Assembly: GCA_951804945.1 (NCBI GenBank)
Contig: OX638153.1
Coordinates: 67,146,001 to 67,210,000, forward strand
Source: Podarcis cretensis
Taxonomy: Eukaryota
Direction of reading: 5' to 3'
DNA: 64,000 nt
Part shown: positions 1-12,537 of the stretch, in pieces
How positions within the stretch are numbered: position 1 is the first letter of the stretch
How the letters are laid out: each line of letters opens with the position of its first letter
Notes under the pieces: model-generated
What the model saw: the letters and a program-made list of their open reading frames with translations, nothing else
Databases searched by the model: none
What the model was told of the DNA's origin: nothing
Made by a program: the position numbers and the translations under genes

Positions 1-188
1 CTTGCTTTAAAAATAAATAAATCAGGGCTGACTCTACATTGGGGAAGTGCAGGTTGAATGTTGCTGACATTCAACCACCCAATTCTGTGTAGATCACAGA
101 ACTGGGTTTTGTCCCAGTCCAGTAAGAAACAATCAGTATTAGGAAACAAATTCCCTCCATCGTGTCCACTCAGAGAAAGAACAGTTAC

Positions 189-314
189 CTTTCTACAACA
201 TCCTCTCCATTCCAGCAAGTCGAACTGTCTTTCATCACAAGATCACCATCACAGAGTCTTTCAGTTAAAGAGGCATAGATTGTTCTGGATCGTTTCATGT
301 AGTTGATGAATTCC
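189..314 (-). CDS. GPC5-like: GPC5-like coding exon equivalent to exon 5
   Basis: tttctag|GGAATTC...GTAGAAAG|gtaact; 126 bp, phase 2 to 2. Translates to EFINYMKRSRTIYASLTERLCDGDLVMKDSSTCWNGEDVVE, containing the glypican LC...CWNG motif. Not shown in the ORF track. Confidence 0.93.
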
Positions 315-838
315 CTAGAAATGAAAAACATAACATTTGCAATGCAACACCAACAGGAGCACATTTAACATTCTAGGCAACTTCGTAATCTTAATCCGAT
401 GTTCATTCTTAAACTTCTGCCCAGCTCTAACTATTCTACTGAGTTAGCAATACATGAGCAAACACATGTACTGAAATCCCAAAGGGTCATTCTTGTATGA
501 ATAGCATCTTGGTATGTGTGTAAAAGAGAGAAGTGGCAAAGCAGAGGAGAACATGATGCCTTCCCTTCCCTACCACTTTCCCCATTGAAAAGTTCCTGCT
601 TCAAGTCAATTTCCTCAGTCACCAAGTTCCAAACCAAACCTTCCCCATTTTCAAGTGTGTCCTGGAGAACACAGAAAAGACCCAGGTGGTGGTTACAGCA
701 AGGTTTTTGCCTTTGGAATGGATCATATTTCTGCTGAAGAGCCATCCAATGAAATTCTAAGAGTAGAGTCTAGTCTAGATTTGTATAAGATACCACCTAT
801 CAAAAATTCAGGCATCCTAGTACTTCCTTCATTTAAAT

Positions 839-964
839 TATGGTGTCCCAAACTTGGATCTCCAGCTGTTTTGGGATTACATCCCTAGCTAGCAGGACCA
901 GTGGTCAAGGATGACGGGGATTGTAGTCCAAAAACAGTTGGAGACCCAAGTTTGAGAAACCCTG
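839..964. mobile_element. Degenerate palindromic hAT-type MITE
   Basis: Imperfect inverted arms (ccaaacttggatctccagctgttttggga / tccaaaaacagttggagacccaagtttg). 8-bp flanks atttaaat / attttaat. Confidence 0.6.
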
Positions 965-1086
965 ATTTTAATTCTAACATCAAGGAGAGAAACAACTGAG
1001 TAACAGTTGCTGGAAACTTCAGGAGGAAAGAGTCCTCTTGGCCACTGTGAGAACAGGATGCTGGACTAAATGGGCCATTGACCTGG

Positions 1087-1513
1087 TGTCACAGAGCCAG
1101 CAGGGAAGGCTCCAGAGTTGGAGGAGGGGGAGAACGGGGAGCCAGTAGAAGAGGCAGGACTGAGAGAGGGGTGGAGCGGAAGGGGAGGCCACTCAGGTGG
1201 AGGCAAGTCTACCTGATGTTAGAGAACAGCAACACCCCTCTACCAGCTCAGGCATGGAGGGAGAAGGAACACCAGTTCCATCAGCCCAGGATAGGAGGGG
1301 GTTAAAACGCAGAGAACAATGCAGACATTTGGGATTGTCCAAGCTGCTTTGCTGGAGGAGGAGCAGGAAGTTCCCACTCCGGGGATCTGCTAGGGACGAT
1401 TCGGACGCTTGAAGCGATGCTCTGTACCTTGTAAATAGTGTACAATAAAAACTGTAAATACAACTCTGATGGAGCAGGGGGATTTATTGCAAAGGGCTCA
1501 CCAAACCATCACA
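1087..1513 (+). mobile_element. Solo LTR (427 bp) inserted into a CR1-type LINE 3' fragment
   Basis: TGT...ACA termini; 5-bp TSD cctgg (1082-1086 and 1514-1518); AATAAA at 1444. Removing it rejoins a CR1-like 3' sequence (ggactaaatgggccattgacctggtctaacag). Confidence 0.7.
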
Positions 1514-2572
1514 CCTGGTCTAACAGTTTTAAATATTATTATGTAACTGACTATTTCCAGAACACAAAGTCCTAGGTATTTTCCAGACACCTAGCCCTTA
1601 CCATGGAGACAATAGCATTCTTAGCATACAGAGGATGATCCAGTCTCTGTGTGCCTCAAACTCACCATAGCTGCAAGAGGATTTCCATACCACTGACCTC
1701 ATCCTGAGCCACTCTCCCTCCCTACAGGTCCAGGTGCAAGAACTACTGGACACATAGGAGGAGGAGTTGGATCATGCACACAAGTGCAATTATTGCATTT
1801 TCTCCAGATACAGATAAAAGGCCAATTCTAGCTTAGGAGTGGCGAGCAAAAGTGAGATTTTAGTAGTGAAAAGTCTGCATGTTAGGATAGGAATGTATAA
1901 ACTCCCTTTTAATACTGAACACAAAATTGAAATGCATACTTTGTTTTGGAGAGTGATATATAAATTTTCAGTATAGAAACAAAAAGGCTTGACTGAAAAA
2001 TATGATTGAAACTTCAGAAGCTAAGAAGTATTCAAATTTCATTGTCTATGTTACCCATTGTCTATAAAATAGAGCAAGGAGAACATTTTCTGGTATGTCT
2101 TTAAACAGTAGACACCTTATTTTAAAATGATATCTGAGCCAAAAGTTTCAGTATTTCCCCCCTCTTAATAACACGGTCCTTCTAGATGGTTGCATTTGAG
2201 TTAAGAAATTAATATTAGAGGCATTTTATGGTAATGCTGAACAAAACCTTGTACTCTTAAAATGAAAGCAAGAGCCTTGAGGTTTGGACAGCTCATTTAA
2301 AATGAAGAGACAAAAACATGTCAGCTTCTTTTCATTCTTACCGGGCCATTTTTTTCAAACTTCTGGATTTGTCATTCTTTGAAGCTTTCAGAGGCAGAGA
2401 ACTGGAGTGGGCCAGGGAGAATAGTCAGAAGGCAGGGAGGAGGAGTGGGGAAGCAGGAATTCAGGCAAAGAAAGAAAAAGAAATGAGAAACAAAAAGTAA
2501 TAAATTATTTGAAAGAAAAGATAATCAAGAACATGCACAGGATTAAACTAGAGAAGCACAAATGCAAATAAA

Positions 2573-2620
2573 AAAATATGCTCCAGCAAATAAAATATGC
2601 TCCAGCAAATAAAATATGCT
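2573..2620. repeat. 19-bp tandem repeat, about 2.5 copies (aaaatatgctccagcaaat)
   Basis: Directly visible. Confidence 0.85.
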
Positions 2621-3071
2621 TCAACCTATATATTAAAATATAATAATAAAGGCACAGTCCACTCACAGTTTAGTTCTGGGTAGATTGTGCTCTATGCTTG
2701 AGGATTTGAACTTTACTCTAAAACATGTTAAAAGAAATTTATTCTTTTTTTTTTTTAAATGGATACTATTACAAAATGAAGGTTCAAAATGCTGAAAATA
2801 AATCTCCTGAATTTATCTCCAAATGTCACATTAAGAAAAGTTATTGCATACATGTGAGAACAGAGCAGGACAAATGATTTGTAGATGAGAAGAAGCACAT
2901 GTGAAAGTGCTTGAGATGGAAAAGCATTCCTTCTCAGGGGAACAAAACACTTATTTCCACAGGGAAAAGAAACAAAGAAAAGATCATTGCCCCTTCAGGG
3001 ATATTGGAAGGGTAGGGTTAAGAGACTAAATAAATCCATATCTGCTTGTTTTAGTTTACATCCTTTGCGAA

Positions 3072-3259
3072 GTGATGTAGCTCAGTGGAAGAGAACCTGC
3101 TTTGTATGCAAAAGGTCCCGGGTTCATTCCCAGGTGTACCCAGGTGAATTTTTGGAGAAAATATCTCTGTCTGAAACCTTGGAGAACCCCTACCCATCTC
3201 TGTAGACAATACTGAAGCAGATTGACCAATGTTTGTATATGTCCCTTATATTCCTATGA
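3072..3259 (+). mobile_element. Degenerate tRNA-head SINE with CR1-type tail
   Basis: A-box gtagctcagtgg, B-box ggttcattccc, body gaaaccttggagaac...gtagacaatactga, tail ttcctatg. Confidence 0.65.
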
Positions 3260-3271
3260 AATCCCTATAAA

Positions 3272-3512
3272 GGAGTTTGGATTCGATATCCTGCTTTATC
3301 ACTACCCTAAGGAGTCTCAAAGCGGCTAACATTCTCCTTCCCCCTTCCTCCCTCACAACAAACACTCTGTGAGGTGAGTGGGGCTGAGAGACTTCAGAGA
3401 AGTGTGACTGGCCCAAGGTCACCCAGCAGCTGCATGTGAAGGAGTGGGGAAGCGAACCTGGTTCACCAGATTATGAGTCTACCGCTCTTAACCACTACAC
3501 CACACTGGCTCT
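3272..3512 (-). mobile_element. Squam3-type tRNA-derived SINE
   Basis: Minus strand reads agagccagtgtggtgtagtggttaagagcggtagactc...ggttcgcttcccc...gctgctgggtgaccttggg...gccgctttgagactcc...gatatcgaatccaaactcc. Lies tail-to-tail with the preceding SINE. Confidence 0.8.
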
Positions 3513-5080
3513 TAAGGGCTTCATTTGAGTTACAAGAACCTTCCTGAAACTTTAGATCACTGACATATTTTAACTCAGAAGGTCCTATGGGAAATCTTAT
3601 GAAATGTGCTCTATTTTAAACTTAAAGAATATAAGGACATACACTAGACTATTACAAACACCCACAACAGGTAGTAGAAATACAGTAAAATCTTGACATC
3701 ATATTACCTCAGCTGTTTCCTTCTCCAATTAAAGTGCCAACGGCTCTGCTTTTAAACAAAGTGCATTTACAGACTGTGTTTAGTAGCAGAATTTATTAAT
3801 GTGGATCCCAGATAGGATAGCCAATACCATCTATATGTAGGCTCCTTGTATGAGCGACTGCTCCTGCGATCCTAAAATGTTTCAGTACTGCTCATTTTGA
3901 GACTTCCAAGTTTAAAGAAAATTGTATTTCCAGGGTCCGTTCATTTCTGAGTTGTGTTTGGTAAAGAAAAACAAAAGAATACCACTAACATCTGCTGAAT
4001 AGGCATAGCATCGCATGTACATGCAGAGATAAGAAGAACTGAAATACCATGCAGTTTTTGAGCAAGCTTTAGTCATGCCAGCGTCATCCACAGAGAAACA
4101 AGTTTCACAAAGTTCAAAAGATATGGGAAGAGGAAAATAAATTTAGATGGCGATAAAACAGAACACCATTACTTTGAGCAAACATCAGCTACAGGAAACA
4201 GAGTGGGGGGGGGAATGGGGTGGAAGGAAGAAATGCTTACCAATCTGGAACAGATTACATCACAATCTTGGTAGAAAAAGAAGGCTGTTCTAATATTTTA
4301 TTCTATAGCTGTATGCTGGTCACCAGTTAGTCATTAGGACTGCCTACAGCGTCGGCTGACTTCAGCCCCAAATGGAATTTGTAGCTGCTCAACTACTTTA
4401 TGTTACTCTAGATCTTGAACTTGCAAATGAACATTCACAAGAGTTCCTTGCATCAAAAGGGAACTACTTACAGAAACTTTGCAATAAAGAACATCATGTT
4501 GCTTGTTAAGGTATCTGAAGTTGGTTGGAGTGTATTGGTCTAATAAGCTACAAATTAACACCTGAATTTCTGCACATTATTAACTCAGATGGGTCTGATT
4601 CAGAGTTAGAATGAAGTAAGGCTGCTCACATGGGCTTTAACTGGTATACTGGTAATGGATATATTATTTCCTCCAAACAGCTGAAGAACAATTTATTGTG
4701 TATTCAGGTATTCTTTTATCTGCTTGAACGCTAGAGACAAATAAGGCGTTTTGGTGCAGATTATATTGCTCTGCTCAGAAAATTCATATGACTACTTCTG
4801 GATTCTCTTATGGGTTAAATTAACCTGTTATGGAATAACAAAAAAACATAATAGGGGACCAGAGAATCTGCCTTATGTCTCAATTAATCAACTCTTTCCA
4901 TTAGTGGACAAGACAGCAGAACTCAGCTCTAGGAATCATTGGATCCATCCCAACAATGGCATATGGGTAAATGCTTCTTGCTCACCAGCTATGATGTTAA
5001 AATTTGGCCATATACCGCTACAGGGCAAAACATAACCTGCTCTTTCTCTTCAGTTAGGTTGTGACAGTAAGCAAGTACAC

Positions 5081-5444
5081 AAGGTAAAGGTAAAGGGACC
5101 CCTGACCGTTAAGTCCAGTCGTGGACAACTCTGGGGTTGCAGCGCTCATCTCCCTTTACTGGCTGAGGGAGCTGGCGTTTGTCTGCGTACAGCTTCTGGG
5201 TCATGTGGCCAGCATGACTAAGTCACTTCTGGCGAAACAGAGCAGTGCACGGAAACGCCATTTACCTTCCCGCCGGAGCAGTACCTATTTATCTACTTGC
5301 ACTTCGACATGCTTTCAAACTCCTAGGTTGGCAGGAACTAGGCAGAGCAATGGGAGCTCACCTCATCCCGGGGATTCGAACTGCCGACCTTCTGATCGGC
5401 AAGCCCTAGGCTCAGTGGTTTAGACCACAGCGCAACCCGCTTCC
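5081..5444 (-). mobile_element. Sauria (Squam1-type) SINE, subfamily A
   Basis: tRNA-like head (ggttcgaatccc), core caacctag...aagtgcaagtagataaatagg, (ACCTTT)n tail; TSD aagtaca(c/t)aa. Confidence 0.88.
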
Positions 5445-5799
5445 AAAGTACATAATATTTACTAATACCACGAGTGTGGAACCTATAGCTCTCCAGAAGT
5501 TGTTGGCCTCCAATTTCCATCAGTCACAGCCAGTATGGTCCATGGTTAGGGATCATGGGAGTTGTAGCCCTCCATATGTTTTGAACTACAAGTTCCCCGT
5601 GTGCAAAATTGAAGCATTTAAATCTAGATTTCTAAATAGGACCAGTTTCATATAAACATGCTTAGTGAATATGTAATGGAAGTGAGTATTGGAAAGCCCA
5701 ATTCTGGTTTCATAAGTTTTTTTCATTTTTTAAAAATGGTGCATTTTGGGAAAACTCCAGTTTCAAATTTATGAGGAAAAATTGTTGCATCAGGGTTAC

Positions 5800-5933
5800 C
5801 TCCTTTTACTGCTTAGAGTATTTGAGTGTGTCATTGTCAGAGCCTGTGTCTCAGTTACTTCCTTTGCTTGAACTATGTTGTCTGGTAAAGTTCTCACTCC
5901 TTTTTCTTCAGGCTGTCCACACACTTTATCTAC
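5800..5933 (-). CDS. GPC5-like: GPC5-like coding exon equivalent to exon 4
   Basis: ttgcag|GTAGAT...AAAAGGAG|gtaacc; 134 bp, phase 0 to 2. Translates to VDKVCGQPEEKGVRTLPDNIVQAKEVTETQALTMTHSNTLSSKR(R), matching the VxxxCG...TLxxRR layout of this exon in GPC3/GPC5. In frame with both neighbouring exons. Confidence 0.92.
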
Positions 5934-6311
5934 CTGCAATAAAACGGAGGGAGAGAAAATGATTACACGATAAGAACTAGCAGGCATGCTTAGCATCAAA
6001 GCTCCAACGGTGGAGAACCTACATGAGAAGGACCATGGGATGGAGATGGAGTATCAGGATAGCCATGCATTTGTTCAATTGCGTATTTACATGCATTATC
6101 TCTATGTGTTGTCCATATGAGAACACACATCCACCTGTGGTTTGTCTGCAACAAAAAAACAAGCACTTGCATGGGGCATGTGCAATGTAGGAATTGCAAG
6201 AGGCAATGAATGCATTTCCATCAGATTGCGCAACACATGTATCAGAGAGGGGTTTGTGTGAGTTGTAGGACCAGCTCCTGCATGTAGCCAGGGTGTGAAA
6301 TGACCCTAAAG

Positions 6312-6447
6312 CAGGCATAGGCAAACTCGGCCCTCCAGATGTTTTGAGACTACAATTCCCATCATCCCAGACCACTGGTCCTGTTAGCTAGGGATGATGG
6401 GAGTTGTAGTCCCAAAACATCTGGAGGGCCGAGTTTGCCTATGCCTG
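6312..6447. mobile_element. Intact palindromic hAT MITE
   Basis: 57-bp inverted arms (6312-6368 and 6391-6447) with 2 mismatches; CAGG...CCTG ends; perfect 8-bp TSD ccctaaag. Confidence 0.92.
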
Positions 6448-6611
6448 CCCTAAAGGGTTGAATACAGATAGTACAGCAGTGACGAAATCATTCCAATTCA
6501 CTGTAAAGGAGCATGCTTATATTTCCAGAATACTTCTGAAACTTAATAAGCTATTAAAATTTACTATCAAAATAGGAAGTTGAAGTAGAGAAGTATTATA
6601 ACAAACTATGT

Positions 6612-7185
6612 AACAACAACAACAACAACAACTATTGTTGTTGTTGTTGTTGTTGTTAATTTATTTATTTATTTATACCCCGTCCATCTGGCTGGGTTTC
6701 CACAGCTACTCTGGGCAGCTTCCACCAAAACATTAAAATACAATAATTCAACAAATATTAAAAACTTCCCTAAACAGGGCTGCCTTCAAATGTCTTCTAA
6801 AAGTCAGATAGTTGCTTATTTCCTTGACATCTGATGGGAGGGCAGGCACCACTACCAAGAAGGCCCTCTGCCTGGTTCCCTGTAACCTCACTTCTCGCAA
6901 TGAGGGAACCACCAGAAGGCCCTCGCAGCTGGACCTCAGTGTCCAGGCAGAATGATGGGGGTGAAGAAACTCCTTCAGGTATACTGGGCTGAGGCCATTT
7001 AGGGCTTTAAAGGTCAGTACCAACACTTCGAATTGTGCCCGGAAACATACTGGGAGCCAATGCAGATCTCTCAGGACCAGTGTTATGTTGTCTTGGCGGC
7101 CGCTCCCAGTCACCAGTCTAGCTACCACATTCTGGATTAGTTGTAGTTTCTGGGTCACCTTCAAAGGTAGCCCCACATTGAGCGT
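6612..7185 (-). mobile_element. 5'-truncated L2-clade LINE (family A)
   Basis: ORF 6748-7176 (GLPLKVTQKLQLIQN...LHWLPV...FRRHLKAALF) is near-identical to the C-terminus of ORF 37602-38621. 3' UTR and microsatellite tail present; probable TSD tatgt (6607-6611 and 7186-7190). Confidence 0.88.
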
Positions 7186-8548
7186 TATGTTCTGGCTTGC
7201 AAGAGCAATCCTTTCATATCCATCACCTAGAGTTTTGAGATATCAGCCATGTGGGCTGGAGGAGGTCCTCTTTTTAAAAAAGTGGTTTTGATGTTGCAGT
7301 GGCACGGCTTTAGAAGCCCTGCCAGTTGTGCTAAGAATGAAAATGGATAAACATCATCATATGTACCATGTATCAAAAATCAGGAATTTCAGGGGACCCC
7401 CAAGGTTTGAAGAAGTACTGAAAAAACTGCTTGGAGAGAAATGGAAAATTGTGTGGAAGGCAAAATAAAACAAAAAGTATTCAGTGCCTGCAATGATTAT
7501 ATCTAGCTGAAAGGATGGAAGGCACCTGCAATTCAGTTAAAATTAAAAAAAGGAATAAACAATGCAGCAATTCTAAAACTAAAGGCCAATGACAACCCCA
7601 ATGAATACATTGCACAACATGAACCGAATGGAAATGATCAGTAACACAAATGATTACAATGAAAGCTTAGCCAAGCTCTATTGCTACATACTAATTTGTT
7701 TACTTCTGCTTTTTTAGTTGAATTGCATGTGATTCCTTGAAACACACATGACTAGTCCATAAATTATTTATTATAAACACTTCAGTGTGCTGTTTTCTTC
7801 TTCTTCTAACTTTCACAATAATAATGGTAATGTTATAAGGAGGTATGAAGCAGAAAAGAAGTCCAAAAAGAAATACTCAAAAATTTCTTAGAGATTATGG
7901 TGATGGACAACTCTCACCATCCCTGGCAACTGGCCAGGGCTGATCTGGAAGGCCATAGGTTCCCTATTCCTCGGCCTTATCTTCCAAATAACATATAATT
8001 AAGGGTTGCAGAAACATTAGCTGAAACAAACAGAATGAGAGTTTTAGGTGGCTGACCTATTAATTAAAGCTTGCAGCTGTACATTTTGCAGTGTGTTGCT
8101 GAAATGATATACTACCGACCCATTTTTTGTGTAATAATTATCAATAATTTGGCACCCATAGAGATGTGAATTCTAGAGTTGTGAATACACACCCCATCTG
8201 ATTTGTGGTAGTTCCTCAGATATGGGACCTGATTTAACATCTCGTATTGGACCCAATCGGACCTGGGAAGACCTGAACCAATCCAGGCCACAACTTGAAT
8301 TGGGGCCTTAAAAGTACTCTAGTTTTTAACGTTAAAACTGGCATGGGGTGGGGCAAAAAAGAGGCAAAAACAGCAACTCTCACCTGCATTGTTTCCTTCT
8401 CCCCCCTCCAGACTGCATGTTTAATCAACGTTTTAAACACTAATTAAACATGTGGTCAGCAGTGGGCGGGGGGAAGTCACCAACCATGTATTTCTTTAGG
8501 GTTTAAAACCATGATTAAAGAGGTCCCTCCCCCAATTTAAATGAATAA

Positions 8549-8907
8549 AAGGTAAAGGTACCCCTGCCCGTACGGGCCAGTCTTGACAGACTCTGGGGTT
8601 GTGCGCCCATCTCACTTAAGAGGCCAGGGGCCAGCGCTGTCCGGAGACACTTCCGGGTCACGTGGCCAGCGTGACAAAGCTGCATCTGGCGAGCCAGAGC
8701 CACACACGGAAACGCCGTTTACCTTCCCGCTGGTAAGCGGTCCCTATTTATCTACTTGCACCCGGAGGTGCTTTCGAACTGCTAGGTTGGCAGGCGCTGG
8801 GACTGAGCAGCGGGAGCGCGCCCCGCCGCAGGGATTCAAACCGCCGACCTTTCAATCTGCAAGTCCTAGGCGCTGAGGCTTTAACCCACAGCGCCACCTG
8901 TGTCCCT
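8549..8907 (-). mobile_element. Sauria SINE, subfamily B
   Basis: Full-length and CpG-rich, with (ACCTTT)n tail; perfect 15-bp TSD aatttaaatgaataa (8534-8548 and 8908-8922). Confidence 0.92.
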
Positions 8908-11900
8908 AATTTAAATGAATAATGGTATGGAAATATTTCAAATAAATAAAGTGAGTGCAATGTATGAATAATAAAAGTGATAACTAATGGTGAAGTCTAA
9001 AGGTGAATGCAGCATTAATTCCTATCATGGAATATTGTTTGACAGCACCATATATTTTCCTTGGCTATTTTGTTTTCCATACCAATAGCTGGTTGATAAC
9101 TGGTAAGTGTAGCCTATCAGTCTCAGCGGTACGCCTGTCTTTCTTAATTCAAGAAGTTTACATACATGAAGCATTGTGCAGTTATTACAAATACTCAGCA
9201 TTTCAACAGCTTCACACCAAAAAGGAGAAAAAAGATCCCCTCATTTGTCCTTTGAATTCTCACAGCTTGAGAGACCCAACAGATTCAGATCATATTTAAT
9301 ATGTCTATAATCAAATACAGAGGGGGGGGGGGAATCATCTCCTTCTAAAACTGGAAATCTCTTATCTCCCTAAATCTCCAGATCCTTTACTCTCTGTTCA
9401 GAGACCTCTCCGATTTCTGAAAGGGAGACATTTTTCAGGGGCGAATCTAGCTTGCAGAGAGTTGAAAAGTTATTTTAAATTATTGCAGACATTTTGCAAA
9501 TATTCAATGTAATTCCAGGCGTGGTGTATTAAAAAATAAATAAATCCCAGCAATGTGGCAATATGATCTTTTGAACTGACTCATTGCTTTGTGTGACCTG
9601 AAGATGCTTAAAAGGATAATGGCTATCTGCACAAAGATACCCTTAAGATCAAGTACTAATCATTCTTGACTGTCAACTCCTACCTTGTTAGCAGTGATGT
9701 TTGGCTTTGGATATTGACAATCAGAAAAGGTTTGTGCCTAAGGGTATAATTACCATAGTCCGGTAAATAAAAGGGGAATCTATTGGGAATCAATCCAATA
9801 AATCCTTTTAAAAGCTCTCAAAAATATTAGGTAACTCTTTAGAAAGATAGCATAAGAAGAAATCAATTTAAAAGATTTCCATTTTAATTCAATTTCCATT
9901 TTGGAAATTAATTATATTAGGCCAGAGATGTGCTGGGAGCTCATGTTCTCTTAGCTGGAATAAAAAAAAATATTATCAAAGTATGGCTGAAGCTTTTTTC
10001 TTTCTTTCTAAGTCATGTCCTCTTGTAAAACACACATAAAGAAACATGAGAATAGTCTTCACAATACTGAGTAAAATAGTAATTAATCTAAACATGGCTA
10101 ATAGAAAGCATGCACAACCAAAGCTCTTTAATTTAAAAAGGTTTTAAAATCTATAGCTTTTCCCTATACAGGGAGAAGTCAGCCAAAACATTTTTATTTT
10201 TTTGGCAGGCATTTGTGGGTATTGTTTTCCAAATGGGATTTTGATCCCTACAGTCTGATTTAACTTTTTTAAATGATGTTTTAATGTGACTGTGATTATT
10301 TTTGTTTCCTTATTATAAAAATGTACAAATGTATGTTTGCTGCTTGAAGATTTTAACGGAAGGCTGGGGTAAAAATACTGAAATTAATACATCCCACATA
10401 TTTTACTTGGCACATTCTTCTGTGAATCATTTAATTTCGCAACACGGTATTTTGAAGCTGTGAAGTTGGATGAGAGGTCAATAAAATATTAACCTCTGTT
10501 GGTATTATGACTCTGTCTGGTTGTACACTACTCTATCCCACATAACAAGATTTTTTTGCCTTACTCACTGCCTCAACACTTCCCCCAGCAGACACAGACC
10601 AATTTACAAGGTCAGTTGAGCTGAGTTTTTCTCTCGTGACTTTGAGCCAGAATACGAAACCAGGATCAGAATTGGTTTTCGTATCCTGGTTTGTAAACCA
10701 AGATTAAACCACAGCTTCCCCGTTCATTTGCTATGGAAAGAAATGGCTTTGCAAATCCTAGAAGTTGTCTGTTATGGCATACAAGAGGAGGGAGGGGTTG
10801 TGGAAGCACAATGCTTGCATTAGACCAAAATAGTTATGCCTGAACTAACTCAGTATCTCTCTGTTACTTGATAGCTTGCCTAAACTGGCAGGTACCTCAT
10901 TCAAACAACAGGAAAGCTTAATTGGCCAGCCAAGAAATCACATGCTAGCTATACTTATCAGTCCTCAACATGTCCAGCAAATGGCTTATTCCCAATTTGC
11001 CCATTTGAAAACCTAAGTATCTAAGCGTGTAATTTGCCTATGACTCACACCCATTGTCATGAGGCTGCTTCAGAAGCAGACAGAGAGGTGACAATGATAA
11101 TATTATTTTTACCCTAACACTAATTTAAATGCATTTTTATTCATATGCACCTATTTTTTATTGTGTTTTATTATTTTATAACAATATTTTATTATCTGTG
11201 GCATGGGTGAAGATGAAAATACTCCCTTAGGATTAAGTCCTTATCTTCACAAGACACTGACTTACCGCTTGAGTAAACTACAGCCCAATTTAGAAAAATC
11301 TGAGACGTTTTAACTGCATTTATGTACACATTAGGTGCTCAGTTGATGGCATATATGGTATTCAGTAGCAGTGTGCCTGTCTATGTTAACTGCAATAACT
11401 TATTGATTTGACCCAAAGGTCAGCATTTAGGAAACAAGAAAGATGACACCTTCTCTTTTCTTCTGAAGAACTTGTGGACTATGAATGCAGGCAATCTGTC
11501 CCTTCCTGTCATCATGCCATAAAATGCCATCCCTCCCTCCCCACTCTCTAAATATGCATGCAAACAAAACCATCACAAGTCATCACATAAAGCTTTTAAA
11601 CACCATTCAGTTCCCATGTGAATTGAAAACTACTTCATTTTGATTGAATTTCCCAGTCAATGCAGCTTATATTCTTAAACTGTAGATTTCTTACTATTTC
11701 TGAAATACATATACCCTTTGAAACCTTCTGCTGTCCACACCTTTCAACTCTGTCCCCTGTCACTCTCTACTGGAAGGCTGGTTAGTACTAATAGGAATAT
11801 TTTAGGTAGCATTTCTACTGTTGCAGATGAAAATCTCCATTTTTTTCAATAATTAAATTATCTTATGCTAGATTTCAGCCTCCAATGACTTGTGAAAGTA

Positions 11901-12120
11901 TTCTGCACTTTTTAAATACTTCAAGCAATAGTCAAGTAATGATTTGGCATGACAACTTTTTAAAAATAAAAAGGTACTTTCCCCACTAGGAACAAGCGAG
12001 TCATCACACAGACAATTAAATATGGCTATGCAAAGATGCCCCTGGAGTGTCTGCCCAGCTCTGAACCTGCTGTTGCCTTCCCCATTTGTGACAGCAATGT
12101 TGCTGCTGCTGGTTATTGCC

Positions 12121-12537
12121 ATAATAATAATATCATAATAATTTATTATTTATATATACCCCAAAAAAAATCTGGCTGCGTTTCCCCAGCCACTCCGGGC
12201 GGCTTCCAACAAAAGATTAAAAATACATTAAAACATCGGTCATTAAAAACTTCCCTAAACAGGGCTGCCTTCAGATGTTTTCTAAAGGTCAGGTAGTTGT
12301 TTATTTCTTTGACATCTGATGGGAGGGCATTCCACAGGGTGGGCACCACTCCCAAGAAGGCAACATGCCTGGTTCCCTGTATCTTGGCTTCTCGCAGTAA
12401 GGGAACCACCAGAAGGCCCTTGGCTCTGGATCACAGTGTCCACATTGAACAATAGGAGTGGAGATGGTCCTTTGGGTATACTTGGCCGAGGCCATTTAGG
12501 GCTTTAAAGATCAGCACCAACACTTTGAATTGTGCTC
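12121..12537 (-). mobile_element. 5'-truncated L2 LINE (family A)
   Basis: ORF 12146-12409 (PLLREAKIQGTR...LWNALPSDVKEINNYLTFRKHLKAALFREVFN) and the same 3' UTR as the other family A copies. Confidence 0.88.

Noticed and set aside
3072-3135. tRNA-like sequences here and at 43396-43456 and 44441-44510
   Set aside because: The stems are degenerate and each runs straight into a SINE body or tail, so these are not functional tRNA genes.
5121-5423. Recurrent similar ORFs (MTDSGVV...) at 5121, 8583, 16243, 46338 and 58665
   Set aside because: These are translations of Sauria SINE copies, not a protein family.
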